NCBI GenBank assembly: GCA_011192125.1 | Contig: DUEL01000019.1 | Coordinates: 2,374 to 66,373, forward strand | Direction of reading: 5' to 3' | Length of the DNA stretch: 64,000 nt | Source of the DNA: Thermoflexia bacterium | GTDB lineage: Bacteria; Chloroflexota; Anaerolineae; B4-G1; DUEL01 | In this document: piece after piece, positions 18,051 through 26,516 of the stretch | Numbering within the stretch: the first letter of the stretch is position 1 | Layout of the letters: each line of letters opens with the position of its first letter | Position numbers and translations under genes: made by a program | Notes under the pieces: model-generated | The model's database searches: none | What the model was told of the DNA's origin: nothing | What the model saw: only the letters and a program-made list of their open reading frames with translations

Positions 18051-18750
18051 TCTTAACGACGATCGAGAGGCCCGGCGGAGCGATCGATATCGCCTTCCGC
18101 GTCACCCGGCATCGGTAGGCGTAGACCTCTACTCCCTGAGCGGCCGCCTCCGCCAGCATACGGGCGAAGGCGGGGTCGGTACGACCGTTGGGGGCGAAGG
18201 CCCTCGCATCGGGTCGCTGGACGACGAAGACCACCGCCGCCCGATGGCCCTCCCGGACCAAAGTGATCAGGTCCTCCAGATGACGTCGACCGCGCCCGGT
18301 CGGCGCGTCGGGGAAGAGCGCCACCCCATCCTCAACCAGCGTCACCGACTTGGCCTCCACCCAGCAGGTCCCCCACGCGCCCTCCAGCCGGAAGTCGATC
18401 CGGCTCCCCCCGTGCCGGACCTCCCGCGCGACGCGGGTCACGCCAGCGAAAGGGGCCAACCGACCGGCCGCGACCGCCTCGGCGAAGAGAGGGTTGGGCA
18501 ACCGAGCGTCCACCGACACAAGGACCCCAGCGTGGGCCACCAAAAGGAGGTCATACGGGGTGCGCCTCCCGGGCGAGGAACGGGGCACCAGATAACAACG
18601 CCGTCCAGGGACCAGCAGTCCGCCCAAACGGCCAGAATTGGGCAGATGGGCCGCCTCAACGCGCCCATCGACCTCGACGGCGACCCGAAAGCGGTTCTCC
18701 CGCCGAACGAAACGGCCTTCGACGGTCCGTGGCAGTTCCATCGGCCTCAC
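18046..18750 (-). CDS. sfsA: Sugar fermentation stimulation protein A homolog
   Basis: 234 aa. GRFVRRENRFRVAVEVDG...AHLPNSGRL...VEAKSVTLVEDGVALFPDAPTGRGRRHLEDL is typical SfsA. Confidence 0.9.
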   Translation of the reverse strand: MRPMELPRTVEGRFVRRENRFRVAVEVDGRVEAAHLPNSGRLGGLLVPGRRCYLVPRSSPGRRTPYDLLLVAHAGVLVSVDARLPNPLFAEAVAAGRLAPFAGVTRVAREVRHGGSRIDFRLEGAWGTCWVEAKSVTLVEDGVALFPDAPTGRGRRHLEDLITLVREGHRAAVVFVVQRPDARAFAPNGRTDPAFARMLAEAAAQGVEVYAYRCRVTRKAISIAPPGLSIVVKT

Positions 18751-20312
18751 GGGACAGGAGCGTCAGATGCCGCCCGTGGCAGCCAGAACCAGAAAGTGGA
18801 ACCCTTCCCCACTTCGCTCTCGACCCCCACGTGTCCTCCGTGCCGCTCCACCAGCGCGCGGACGATCGAGAGACCCAGGCCAACACCTCCCCTCCGACCC
18901 CCCGCTCCATCTACTCTGTAGAATCGCTCGAACAGCCGAGTCTGCGCCTCCGCTGGGATGCCCGGCCCGTTATCCACCACGGAAATGCGCACGCCGTCGC
19001 CCTCCTCACAGGCAACGACCCCAATCCGTCCTCCGGCCTGCGTGTACTTCACCGCATTCTCGATCAAATTGACCAGCACCCTCTGCAGATCCACACACTC
19101 CATCCGAAGCGCGGGTAAAGCGGTCGGGACATCGATCTCCAAAGCCTGTCCTTTCGCTTCGATCCGCTTGGACAGGTCATCGACCACGCTATCGATCACC
19201 GGCCTCAAATCGCACGAGGCTTCTGCAATGCGGTCCTCCTCCCCCTCTATCCGAGCCAGGTCAAGCAGATGGTCGATCAGAGCATACATCCGCCGCACGC
19301 CGGTGAGAATCCCCATCACACACCGCTCGGCCGTCTCCGAGAGATCTCCCTCCTGCAACAGAACCTCGGCAAAGCCCTGCACGTAGGCAAGAGGGCTGCG
19401 CAGATCGTGCGAGGTCGCGGCAACGACCTGTGATTTCAACTCGTCGAGGCGGCGCAACCGCGTGACGTCGTGCAGCCGCAAGACGATGCCCAGGCCGGGA
19501 ACCGGAACCAGGGCTGCGTCGAACACGGCCTTCCCTTCCAGATCGACCTCGATCTGCTGGACCTCACCCCGTTCGAGCGCGATTTGAAAGGCCGTGGTCA
19601 CCTCAGCAACGCCGACCACCTCGCGCAGAGGTCGATCGAGCACATCGCTGCCCAACAGCGCCCGCGCCTGCTCGTTAGCGAGCGTCACCCGGCCAGAGGT
19701 ATCGAGCAGGAGGACGGGGTCCGGCAGGGCGGCGATGAGCCCGCGCAGGATCCGCTGCTCACGGCGCATCGCATCGTGGAGGCGGGCGTTGGCCACCGCG
19801 ACGGCGACCTGGGCGGCGACCACCTCGGCGAGCAGCGTGTCATCGAGTCCGAAGAACCCTCGCTGTGTGTGCTGCAACGTCATCACACCGACCACCTCCC
19901 CCCGGTGGACCAGAGGCACGGCGATGGCGGACCCCGCCTCCTTCCGATCGCCGGGAAAACGGTGCCAACGTCCGTCCTTCTTCGTATCAGCCGCCAGGGC
20001 GACCTGCCGATGGCGCACCGCCCAACCCGCCAGGCCCCTCTCCATCACCTGCTCGACACGCCACGCGAACTCCTCCTCATCGAGCCCTCGCTGCGCCCCG
20101 ATCTGCCGGATCACCCGCCCGGCGCGGTCAAGAAGGAACAACGACCCCCGCTCCGCCCCCAGCGCTTCAATGGTCTGGGCGAGGGCTTCGTTCAGCGTCA
20201 TCTCCAGATCGAGGCTGGTCGAACACCGACGCAGAATTTTATAGAGAAGGCTAGCGAGATCCTCGGCGACGGGAGCCGGAAGGTCATCCCCTCTCCACTG
20301 TAACATACCCAT
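18747..20312 (-). CDS. Sensor histidine kinase (GAF, PAS, HisKA, HATPase)
   Basis: Start set to ATG at 20312 (MGMLQW) behind GGGAGGAAGG. H-box TSHDLRSPLAYVQGFAEVL, ENAVKYTQAGG, DNGPGIPAEA, GGVGLGLSIVRALV. Confidence 0.85.
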   Translation of the reverse strand: MGMLQWRGDDLPAPVAEDLASLLYKILRRCSTSLDLEMTLNEALAQTIEALGAERGSLFLLDRAGRVIRQIGAQRGLDEEEFAWRVEQVMERGLAGWAVRHRQVALAADTKKDGRWHRFPGDRKEAGSAIAVPLVHRGEVVGVMTLQHTQRGFFGLDDTLLAEVVAAQVAVAVANARLHDAMRREQRILRGLIAALPDPVLLLDTSGRVTLANEQARALLGSDVLDRPLREVVGVAEVTTAFQIALERGEVQQIEVDLEGKAVFDAALVPVPGLGIVLRLHDVTRLRRLDELKSQVVAATSHDLRSPLAYVQGFAEVLLQEGDLSETAERCVMGILTGVRRMYALIDHLLDLARIEGEEDRIAEASCDLRPVIDSVVDDLSKRIEAKGQALEIDVPTALPALRMECVDLQRVLVNLIENAVKYTQAGGRIGVVACEEGDGVRISVVDNGPGIPAEAQTRLFERFYRVDGAGGRRGGVGLGLSIVRALVERHGGHVGVESEVGKGSTFWFWLPRAASDAPVP

Positions 20313-20551
20313 CAGGCCTTCCTCCCTGCAAAGCCACACTCCAACCCTTGCACCACACCGCGGTCCACATACCACAGCAACCGCCCGGATCGAGGCTGTA
20401 TCCGTTCTGCCGGCAGGGCTGCCCCGTCGAGTGCGCGGGCCAGGGCCTCCGCCTTATCCCGCCCCGCCACCAGAAAGAGCACCTCCGCGTCTGCCACTTC
20501 TTCCCTCCTCCATCTGCGCCATAGAGACACAGAGGACACAGCGGCTCTCAA
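20312..20551 (-). pseudogene. pgl: C-terminal remnant of 6-phosphogluconolactonase (about the last 55 aa)
   Basis: AEVLFLVAGRDKAEALARALDGAALPAERIQPRSGRLLWYVDRGVV matches the conserved Pgl/DevB C-terminus. The N-terminal residues of the ORF (SSVSLWRRW) are encoded by the palindromic repeat at 20521-20588. Its stop overlaps the kinase ATG. Confidence 0.55.
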
Positions 20552-20588
20552 TTCCTGAGAACACTCTGTGTCCTCTGTGTCTCTGTGG
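20521..20588. repeat. Palindromic intergenic element, CTCTGTGTC family (full hairpin)
   Basis: ATAGAGACACAGAGGACACAG ... CTCTGTGTCCTCTGTGTCTCTGTGG. The arms are inverted copies built from 8-9-mer tandem units. Confidence 0.85.
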
Positions 20589-20612
20589 TATTTCCAAACA
20601 CCAAAGGAATTC

Positions 20613-22016
20613 CTATCCGACTGCCCGTGCCAACCCCAACTTACGCAAGACTTTCGCGGGGGTCACCCGCCGCGCCCTTTCCCACTGGGCGCGCAGCCAA
20701 CGCTTGAACACGTTGATGGGCTTGCGACGCTGGCTTTCCGCCATCGCCCACTTGAGAAACTCGTAGTCCTGTCCGCGAATCTTGGGCTCGGTAGGGTTAC
20801 GGCGGTAAGAGTCGTAATCGGTGATCCGACTCAAGTCGCGCTCCACGACGAAATCGTACAGATCGGTCCCAGGGTGCGGCGTGAAGAAGGCCGGACTGTA
20901 GTAGTCCGGATCGATCTCTTTCATCATCCGCACCGTCTCCATCACCTCTTCTTTCGTCTCCGTCGGCAGGCCCATCATGTAGTTGGCCCAGATGGCGACG
21001 CCGTACTTCTTACAGATCCGCGCCGCCTGCAGATTCTGCTCTACCGTCGTCCCCTTCCGAATGAACTTCAACACCCGGTCGCTGCCGCTCTCGAAACCGA
21101 TGAAATAGCCACGGAGCCCCGCCTCGACCATCCGTTCCACCATATCTTCGTGCTTGACAATGATATCCGCCCGGCTCTGACAGAAGAAGGGCATCGTGAA
21201 GCCCTCAGCGATATACTTCTCGGTGAACTCCATCACCCACTCCCGGTCCTCGGTCAAGCAGTCGTCGTGGAACATAAACGAGGCCAGATCATATTTGTCC
21301 ACCAGCATCCGGATCTCGGCCAGGACGTTGTCCACGCTCCGGCGGCGGGTCCGTTTGCCGAAGAGGTAATCCTCCCCCGGCTTGCAGAAAGCGCAATTAT
21401 AGATACAGCCCCGTCCAGCGATAATGGTAGCGAAGGGCGGGGGCAGTTCAGGAACGAAGGGAACCTCCGGGGAGTCCAGATCATATCCCCACTTTTTCCA
21501 CTCCTCGAGGAAGAGGTCCCGATCGCTGAACGGGATCGCGTCCAGATCGGGCGGCTCCCCCCGGATCACCCGCTGCTCGGGCGGACGGCCCTCTTCGATA
21601 GCCCGAAGCAACTTGGGAAAGGTGATCTCACCCTCGTGGAGGACCAGGTAGTCCACGTGAGGGATGCGGAGGCTGTCCTGGACGGCGATCGTCACGTGAG
21701 GACCACCGATGATCGCCACAATGTCCGGCTTGACCTCCTTGGCGATGGCGATAGCCTCCCGGGCCGGGTTGTAGTCCACGCTCATCATCGTCACCCCGAT
21801 CACGTCGGGGTCCCGCTCAGCCAACACCTCCCGAAAGTGATCCCAGCCCGAAAGCGCTCGCAGGTCGATCAGGTCGACCTCGAACCCCTGGGCCTTAGCC
21901 GCTGCGCTCAGCGAAGCCAGCCCGTGGGAGATCCACCCGGCGTCCATCCCCTGCTTCAGGGAGTTCCACCCCCGTCCCGCGATACCCGGATAGATCAGCG
22001 TCGTCTTCAACCCCAT
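20613..22016 (-). CDS. B12-binding-domain radical SAM protein
   Basis: 467 aa. N-terminal cobalamin-binding-like domain (DVIGVTMMSVDY...IIGGPHVT) and a radical SAM cluster motif GRGCIYNCAFC. Confidence 0.9.
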   Translation of the reverse strand: MGLKTTLIYPGIAGRGWNSLKQGMDAGWISHGLASLSAAAKAQGFEVDLIDLRALSGWDHFREVLAERDPDVIGVTMMSVDYNPAREAIAIAKEVKPDIVAIIGGPHVTIAVQDSLRIPHVDYLVLHEGEITFPKLLRAIEEGRPPEQRVIRGEPPDLDAIPFSDRDLFLEEWKKWGYDLDSPEVPFVPELPPPFATIIAGRGCIYNCAFCKPGEDYLFGKRTRRRSVDNVLAEIRMLVDKYDLASFMFHDDCLTEDREWVMEFTEKYIAEGFTMPFFCQSRADIIVKHEDMVERMVEAGLRGYFIGFESGSDRVLKFIRKGTTVEQNLQAARICKKYGVAIWANYMMGLPTETKEEVMETVRMMKEIDPDYYSPAFFTPHPGTDLYDFVVERDLSRITDYDSYRRNPTEPKIRGQDYEFLKWAMAESQRRKPINVFKRWLRAQWERARRVTPAKVLRKLGLARAVG

Positions 22017-22029
22017 AAGGCCTCCTACT

Positions 22030-22662
22030 CTATCCTGACTCGCCTGTCGGAGAGAGAAGATACGTACACCGATGGCTGTCCCCTGCAGAGGCAGAAGCGA
22101 TCCGCCGCGGCTCCTCCCCCAGCAACCAGGTCAACAAGCGGATATCCATCTTGCAAGGTTCCAGCCAATCCCGCGCCACGCGCTCAAAGGGACAATTGGC
22201 GATGTGGAGGATCAGCCCTCCCTCCCCGTCCTCATCGGTGGAGACCATATAACCCTGCTCATTCAGAAACTGCACCGCCGCATTGACCCGCTCGGAGAAA
22301 CTAGCGTCCTCTCGAATCTGTGCCCGCTGGGCCAACCGCTGGGCGATCCCATCCAGCAGATCCTCTACCTCTCCCGGCGAAAGGCGCTGGGCGATCTCCC
22401 GCAACAACTCGGCCGCCAAGAGGTCGTAATGCTTGGGGAAAAGGTGGGAAGCCTCCTCGGTCAGCCGGTACAGGTACTGGGGACGGCCGGGGCCCGGCCT
22501 GTGGAAAGGCTCTGGCGGAGTGATCAGCCCCTCGCGGTTCAACACGTCTAGATGGTGCCGGATCGTCACAGGCGTCAACCCAAGATCCCGGCTCAACTCC
22601 TCAACCGTCGCCGCGCCCCGAACTTTCAGTATGCGCAGGATCTGCTCACGCGTCTTCTGCAT
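22030..22662 (-). CDS. ArsR/SufR-like winged-helix regulator with C-terminal Cys motif
   Basis: 210 aa. wHTH REQILRILKVRGAATVEELSRDLGLTPVTIRHHLDVLNREGLI. C-terminal CPFERVARDWLEPC (C-X12-C) plus a third Cys 28 residues later. Confidence 0.75.
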   Translation of the reverse strand: MQKTREQILRILKVRGAATVEELSRDLGLTPVTIRHHLDVLNREGLITPPEPFHRPGPGRPQYLYRLTEEASHLFPKHYDLLAAELLREIAQRLSPGEVEDLLDGIAQRLAQRAQIREDASFSERVNAAVQFLNEQGYMVSTDEDGEGGLILHIANCPFERVARDWLEPCKMDIRLLTWLLGEEPRRIASASAGDSHRCTYLLSPTGESG

Positions 22663-22899
22663 CCGTTACCCCTTTTCAGGCCCTCATCCTCTGCCCTTGT
22701 CAGGATCTCCCACCCCCATCGGGGCGAGGGCATTATAGCACGCGGGGGGGGATTTGTCAAAGCCCAATGATATTTATGATTCATTTCTGCCTTTTCACGC
22801 ACGCCCGCAGCGTTCGACACTCCTTCCACCATGCAGGCACAGAGGGCACAACCGGCGGGCCACACCCGAACTCACGTCTAAACCTCAGCAGCCCCCATC

Positions 22900-22927
22900 T
22901 TGCCATCCCCTGGCAGAGGAGTATACT
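22900..22927 (+). promoter_or_regulatory. Candidate promoter TTGCCA-16 nt-TATACT, 8 nt before the ATG at 22936
   Basis: Read directly. The spacing implies a leaderless or near-leaderless transcript. Confidence 0.45.
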
Positions 22928-22935
22928 TTTTTGCG

Positions 22936-25281
22936 ATGAGACGCATCATCCTGTTATTCGCTCTTCTCGTACTGATCCGGGGGACCCCGAGCGCTGCCCT
23001 CGCCGAGGGTGGTGAGCCTCCCGGGGCAGACGTTTCCCTCGCCCACCGGTTCGTCCCGGTGCTATACTTCCACCCGGACGAACCTTTCCGTCCACAGCCC
23101 GTAGAGGTCCTGGTCGGTCAGGCTCGGCTCCGGCAAACCCGTACCGGCTGGTTCGACGTGAACGTCCTGAACGACCCCACCCTCCGCGACCTGTGCCGCT
23201 TCCGTGGTCCGGAGTACTTCCTAGACGTGTGGTACGGGGACGAGGGAACATCCGACTACAAGAACTACTCCGCCCACCGCGCCTACTACAAAGCGCACCT
23301 GAGCCCCGACTCGGGCGGCCCGCCCGCCACCGCCTACGCCCGCGTGGTGCGCGAGGATGGCCACATTATCATCCAATACTGGCTGTTCTATTACTACAAC
23401 GACTGGCTCAACAAGCATGAAGGCGACTGGGAGATGGTCCAGGTCATCCTGGACGAGATGGAGCAACCCCAGTGGGTGGTCGTGAGCCAGCACCACGGCG
23501 GCACCCGCCGGCCCTGGTCGGCTGTCCACGTCGAGGAGGGAACCCACCCCGCCGTCTATGTGGCCCTGGGGTCCCACGCCAACTACTTCTGGGGCGACGA
23601 GGTCTTTCCCAACGTGCGGGAGATGGGCAATACCTCCTTCACCGTCGTCGATCGAACCGGGCGCGCCCACCGCACGGTCCCCCAGGTCCTCCTGATCCCC
23701 CAACAAGGAGAGGTCGAGCGAAACCCCGACGCCTGGCCCGGGATGGAATGGCTTTGCTTCTCCGGGAACTGGGGAGAGCGGGCAGCACAAGCCGACCTGG
23801 GGGGTCCCCACGGCCCGCCGGAGAAAGAGTCCTGGGTCGCTCCCTACACCTGGGGGATGGAACAGCCACGTGACGAAGCGATCTGGTACACTCACCGGCT
23901 CCGGGTGGCGGTAAAAGCCGACGGGCCGGTCCGGATCGACGGGAAGACCCGGGATGATGACCTGGACTGGGTCCCGCAGCCCGACGACAGGGGCGGCACT
24001 CTATTGCTACACGAAGAGCCGACGACCCCCGTCTCGTTCACGGTTGAAGCGCTGACAGCGACGCAGGTCGCGATAACGACCACCTACCCCTTCCGGGAAC
24101 TGAACGTGGTTCGCCAGATCTCCTATCGTTCTATCCCCCTTATGCCCGGAGAACGTCTCTCGGGCCGACTGTGCGCGTCCTGCGGACCGGGGTTACGTAA
24201 GGTCACAACCGATGGCGCGGAGACGAACGTAGAAGTCGCCTACGAAGAGGTGATCAAACCAGCGGTGTGGGACGCGCCGGACGTGGTGTGGCTGGCTGGG
24301 ATGCTACCAGCGGAGGAGATCTCCCGCGGGCTCGGTTCCGCCTTGCTGGCAGGTCTGCTCCCCACTCTCCTCTACGTACTAGCCCTGTACTGGGCCGACC
24401 GGTACGAAAAGGAGCCCAAACGGCTTCTGGCGACCGCCTTCGTCTGGGGCGCGCTTCCGGCGATTCTGCTCACCCTGATCGTCCGGTTCATTTTCAACCT
24501 CCCCCCGGCTCTGGGGGCGAAAGCGGTAGAAGCGACTGGCGCAGGCTGGCTCGCCCCGTGGATCGAGGAGGTCCTGAAAGGCGCTGTCGTGATGTTCATC
24601 TTCCTCCGCTACCCGCGGGAGTTCGACGGCGTGGTGGACGGGATCCTCTACGGTGGGATGGCCGGTTTCGGCTTCGCGATGACAGGGAACACCATCGGTT
24701 ACCTGGGCGCGTTTCTCTTCCAGGGATGGGCTGGCCTGGGAGCACGGGCGTTCGTCCAGGGAGTCCTGCACAGCCTGAACCACGCCCTCTATTCGGCCGC
24801 TTTCGGCGCCGGGCTGGGCTGGACCCGAGCGATGCCGCCTCGCCGCTACCGCTGGGCCCCTGCGCTGGCCGGGTTCCTGCTTGCAGGTGCGGTCCACACG
24901 GGACACGTCCTGGCCCTCCGGGCGGCCTGGGGAGCGACCGCCATTGGGGTCCTGATCACCCTGGCTGGCCTTGCCGGGATGGTGGCCCTGCTAGTGGGAA
25001 TGCTAACCCGCCAGCAACGGGTCCTCCGGCGCGAACTGCTCGGGGAGGTGCCTGAGGAGGTCTACCGAGCGATCACCCGCCCCGGCGGGTGGACCCACGC
25101 TCAATGGCAGGCGCTGCGACAGGGAGGCATCCAAGGCTGGCTCAAGGTCCGGCGTCTCCACCAGATGTGCGCCGAACTGGCCTTCAAGCGGCAACGCGCC
25201 CGCCGCCGGCCCGACGATCCCGATCTCGCCGAGGAGACCGAACGCCTGCGAAAAGAAATCCAGGCGATGATCCAGTCCTAG
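22936..25281 (+). CDS. Fusion: secreted Vps62/DUF946-like domain + PrsW-family intramembrane protease
   Basis: Start set at MRRIILLFALLVLIRG (signal). Vps62-like YWLFYYYNDWLNKHEGDWEMVQV. PrsW motifs WIEEVLKGAVVMF (EExxK), DGILYGGMAGFGFA and LHSLNHALYSAAFG across multiple TM helices. Confidence 0.8.
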   Translation: MRRIILLFALLVLIRGTPSAALAEGGEPPGADVSLAHRFVPVLYFHPDEPFRPQPVEVLVGQARLRQTRTGWFDVNVLNDPTLRDLCRFRGPEYFLDVWYGDEGTSDYKNYSAHRAYYKAHLSPDSGGPPATAYARVVREDGHIIIQYWLFYYYNDWLNKHEGDWEMVQVILDEMEQPQWVVVSQHHGGTRRPWSAVHVEEGTHPAVYVALGSHANYFWGDEVFPNVREMGNTSFTVVDRTGRAHRTVPQVLLIPQQGEVERNPDAWPGMEWLCFSGNWGERAAQADLGGPHGPPEKESWVAPYTWGMEQPRDEAIWYTHRLRVAVKADGPVRIDGKTRDDDLDWVPQPDDRGGTLLLHEEPTTPVSFTVEALTATQVAITTTYPFRELNVVRQISYRSIPLMPGERLSGRLCASCGPGLRKVTTDGAETNVEVAYEEVIKPAVWDAPDVVWLAGMLPAEEISRGLGSALLAGLLPTLLYVLALYWADRYEKEPKRLLATAFVWGALPAILLTLIVRFIFNLPPALGAKAVEATGAGWLAPWIEEVLKGAVVMFIFLRYPREFDGVVDGILYGGMAGFGFAMTGNTIGYLGAFLFQGWAGLGARAFVQGVLHSLNHALYSAAFGAGLGWTRAMPPRRYRWAPALAGFLLAGAVHTGHVLALRAAWGATAIGVLITLAGLAGMVALLVGMLTRQQRVLRRELLGEVPEEVYRAITRPGGWTHAQWQALRQGGIQGWLKVRRLHQMCAELAFKRQRARRRPDDPDLAEETERLRKEIQAMIQS

Positions 25282-25330
25282 GCACTCCCAGGCAGCCTAT
25301 CCGCCTGACCCCGCGAAAGAGCGATGGACC

Positions 25331-26479
25331 TCACCCTGCCCCTATGAGTTGGGGCAGCACATCCCCCAGGATCACCCTGATGACAACGGGGACGGCATCC
25401 TGAAGGGGGAATCTGAGGGCCACAACGCCCGCCACCAGCGCGCCCAACCCGATCATCACCCCAACCAACGCCAGGATCCCGGCGATCCGATGGGCAACCC
25501 GCAACGCCTGTGTCAGCAGCGCGGGCAGATAACTCAGGGAGAGGAAGACGACCACGAAAGAGAGACCGGACAGGAGTCGTCCCTCCATCCCTGGGATCAC
25601 TACGGAGACCAACCACAAGAGGAAGACCAGCGCGGAGGTAACGAACATCCAGGCGGAGACGGCGACGGATATCAGATGAAAGTGAACCAGAAAACCTCCT
25701 GATCCCCCCATCAAGCGAGCCAGCAGGAACAGGACGAGGGCCAACGCGAGTGCGGCGATCCATATCCCACCAAGCCCCCAGGCGTCGATCTCGAGGAAAA
25801 GGGGAAGGGTCGAAAGGGCAGATAACGGACGCATCCCCCTTGGCCCTAACATCCATACCAGGGCAGGGACCACGCTTCGCAGGAGAACGAAGAAGAGGCT
25901 TCCAATGATAAGCGCCGAGAGCGACCGCCGCCACGAGGCCAGTTCCACCTCCGGTCCAAACGCCGCATCCCCGTTCAGCGCAATCGCGCCCGCCCAGGCC
26001 TCCATCACCGTGAGACCCTCCGAGGCGCGGGAATAGATCCGCTCCTCCTGCTGCACCACCCCCACAAGGTCGATCGTCTGGAGGACGGCCCCACAGCGGC
26101 TGCACGTGTACGCCCAGCCCGGATTAACCGTCCCGCAGCGGGGACAACGGCGCGGCGGCTCGCTCCCCAGCATCACCTGCTCATCGATCCCCTCCGTCCA
26201 CGGCGCACTCTCGGCCTGCCACTCCTGCCCCGGACGCAGACGACTGAGGAAGGCGAGGCCGCTACGGGCGTAGCCGTTATCGGGATTGATCTCCAGCACG
26301 CGATGGAGACACTCCCGCTGCGCATCGATCCCCCCGACCGCTGCGCTCAACCAGAACCAGGCCCACTCGTTCTCCGGCTCCTTGGCGATGACCTGGCGCA
26401 GCAACTGCTCGGCCTCCTGCTTCCGCCCGGCCCGCGCCGCCGCGATCCCCCGGCGCAACAGATCGGCCACCCCGCTCAT
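25331..26479 (-). CDS. TPR + zinc-ribbon + polytopic membrane domain protein
   Basis: 382 aa. TPR-like N-terminus, CPRCGTVNPGWAYTCSRCG zinc ribbon, then ~5 TM helices (Yip1-like impression). SD CAGGAGG. Confidence 0.75.
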   Translation of the reverse strand: MSGVADLLRRGIAAARAGRKQEAEQLLRQVIAKEPENEWAWFWLSAAVGGIDAQRECLHRVLEINPDNGYARSGLAFLSRLRPGQEWQAESAPWTEGIDEQVMLGSEPPRRCPRCGTVNPGWAYTCSRCGAVLQTIDLVGVVQQEERIYSRASEGLTVMEAWAGAIALNGDAAFGPEVELASWRRSLSALIIGSLFFVLLRSVVPALVWMLGPRGMRPLSALSTLPLFLEIDAWGLGGIWIAALALALVLFLLARLMGGSGGFLVHFHLISVAVSAWMFVTSALVFLLWLVSVVIPGMEGRLLSGLSFVVVFLSLSYLPALLTQALRVAHRIAGILALVGVMIGLGALVAGVVALRFPLQDAVPVVIRVILGDVLPQLIGAG

Positions 26480-26516
26480 CGCCCACCTCCTGTCCCCCTG
26501 CTCCTTCGCTTCTCCG

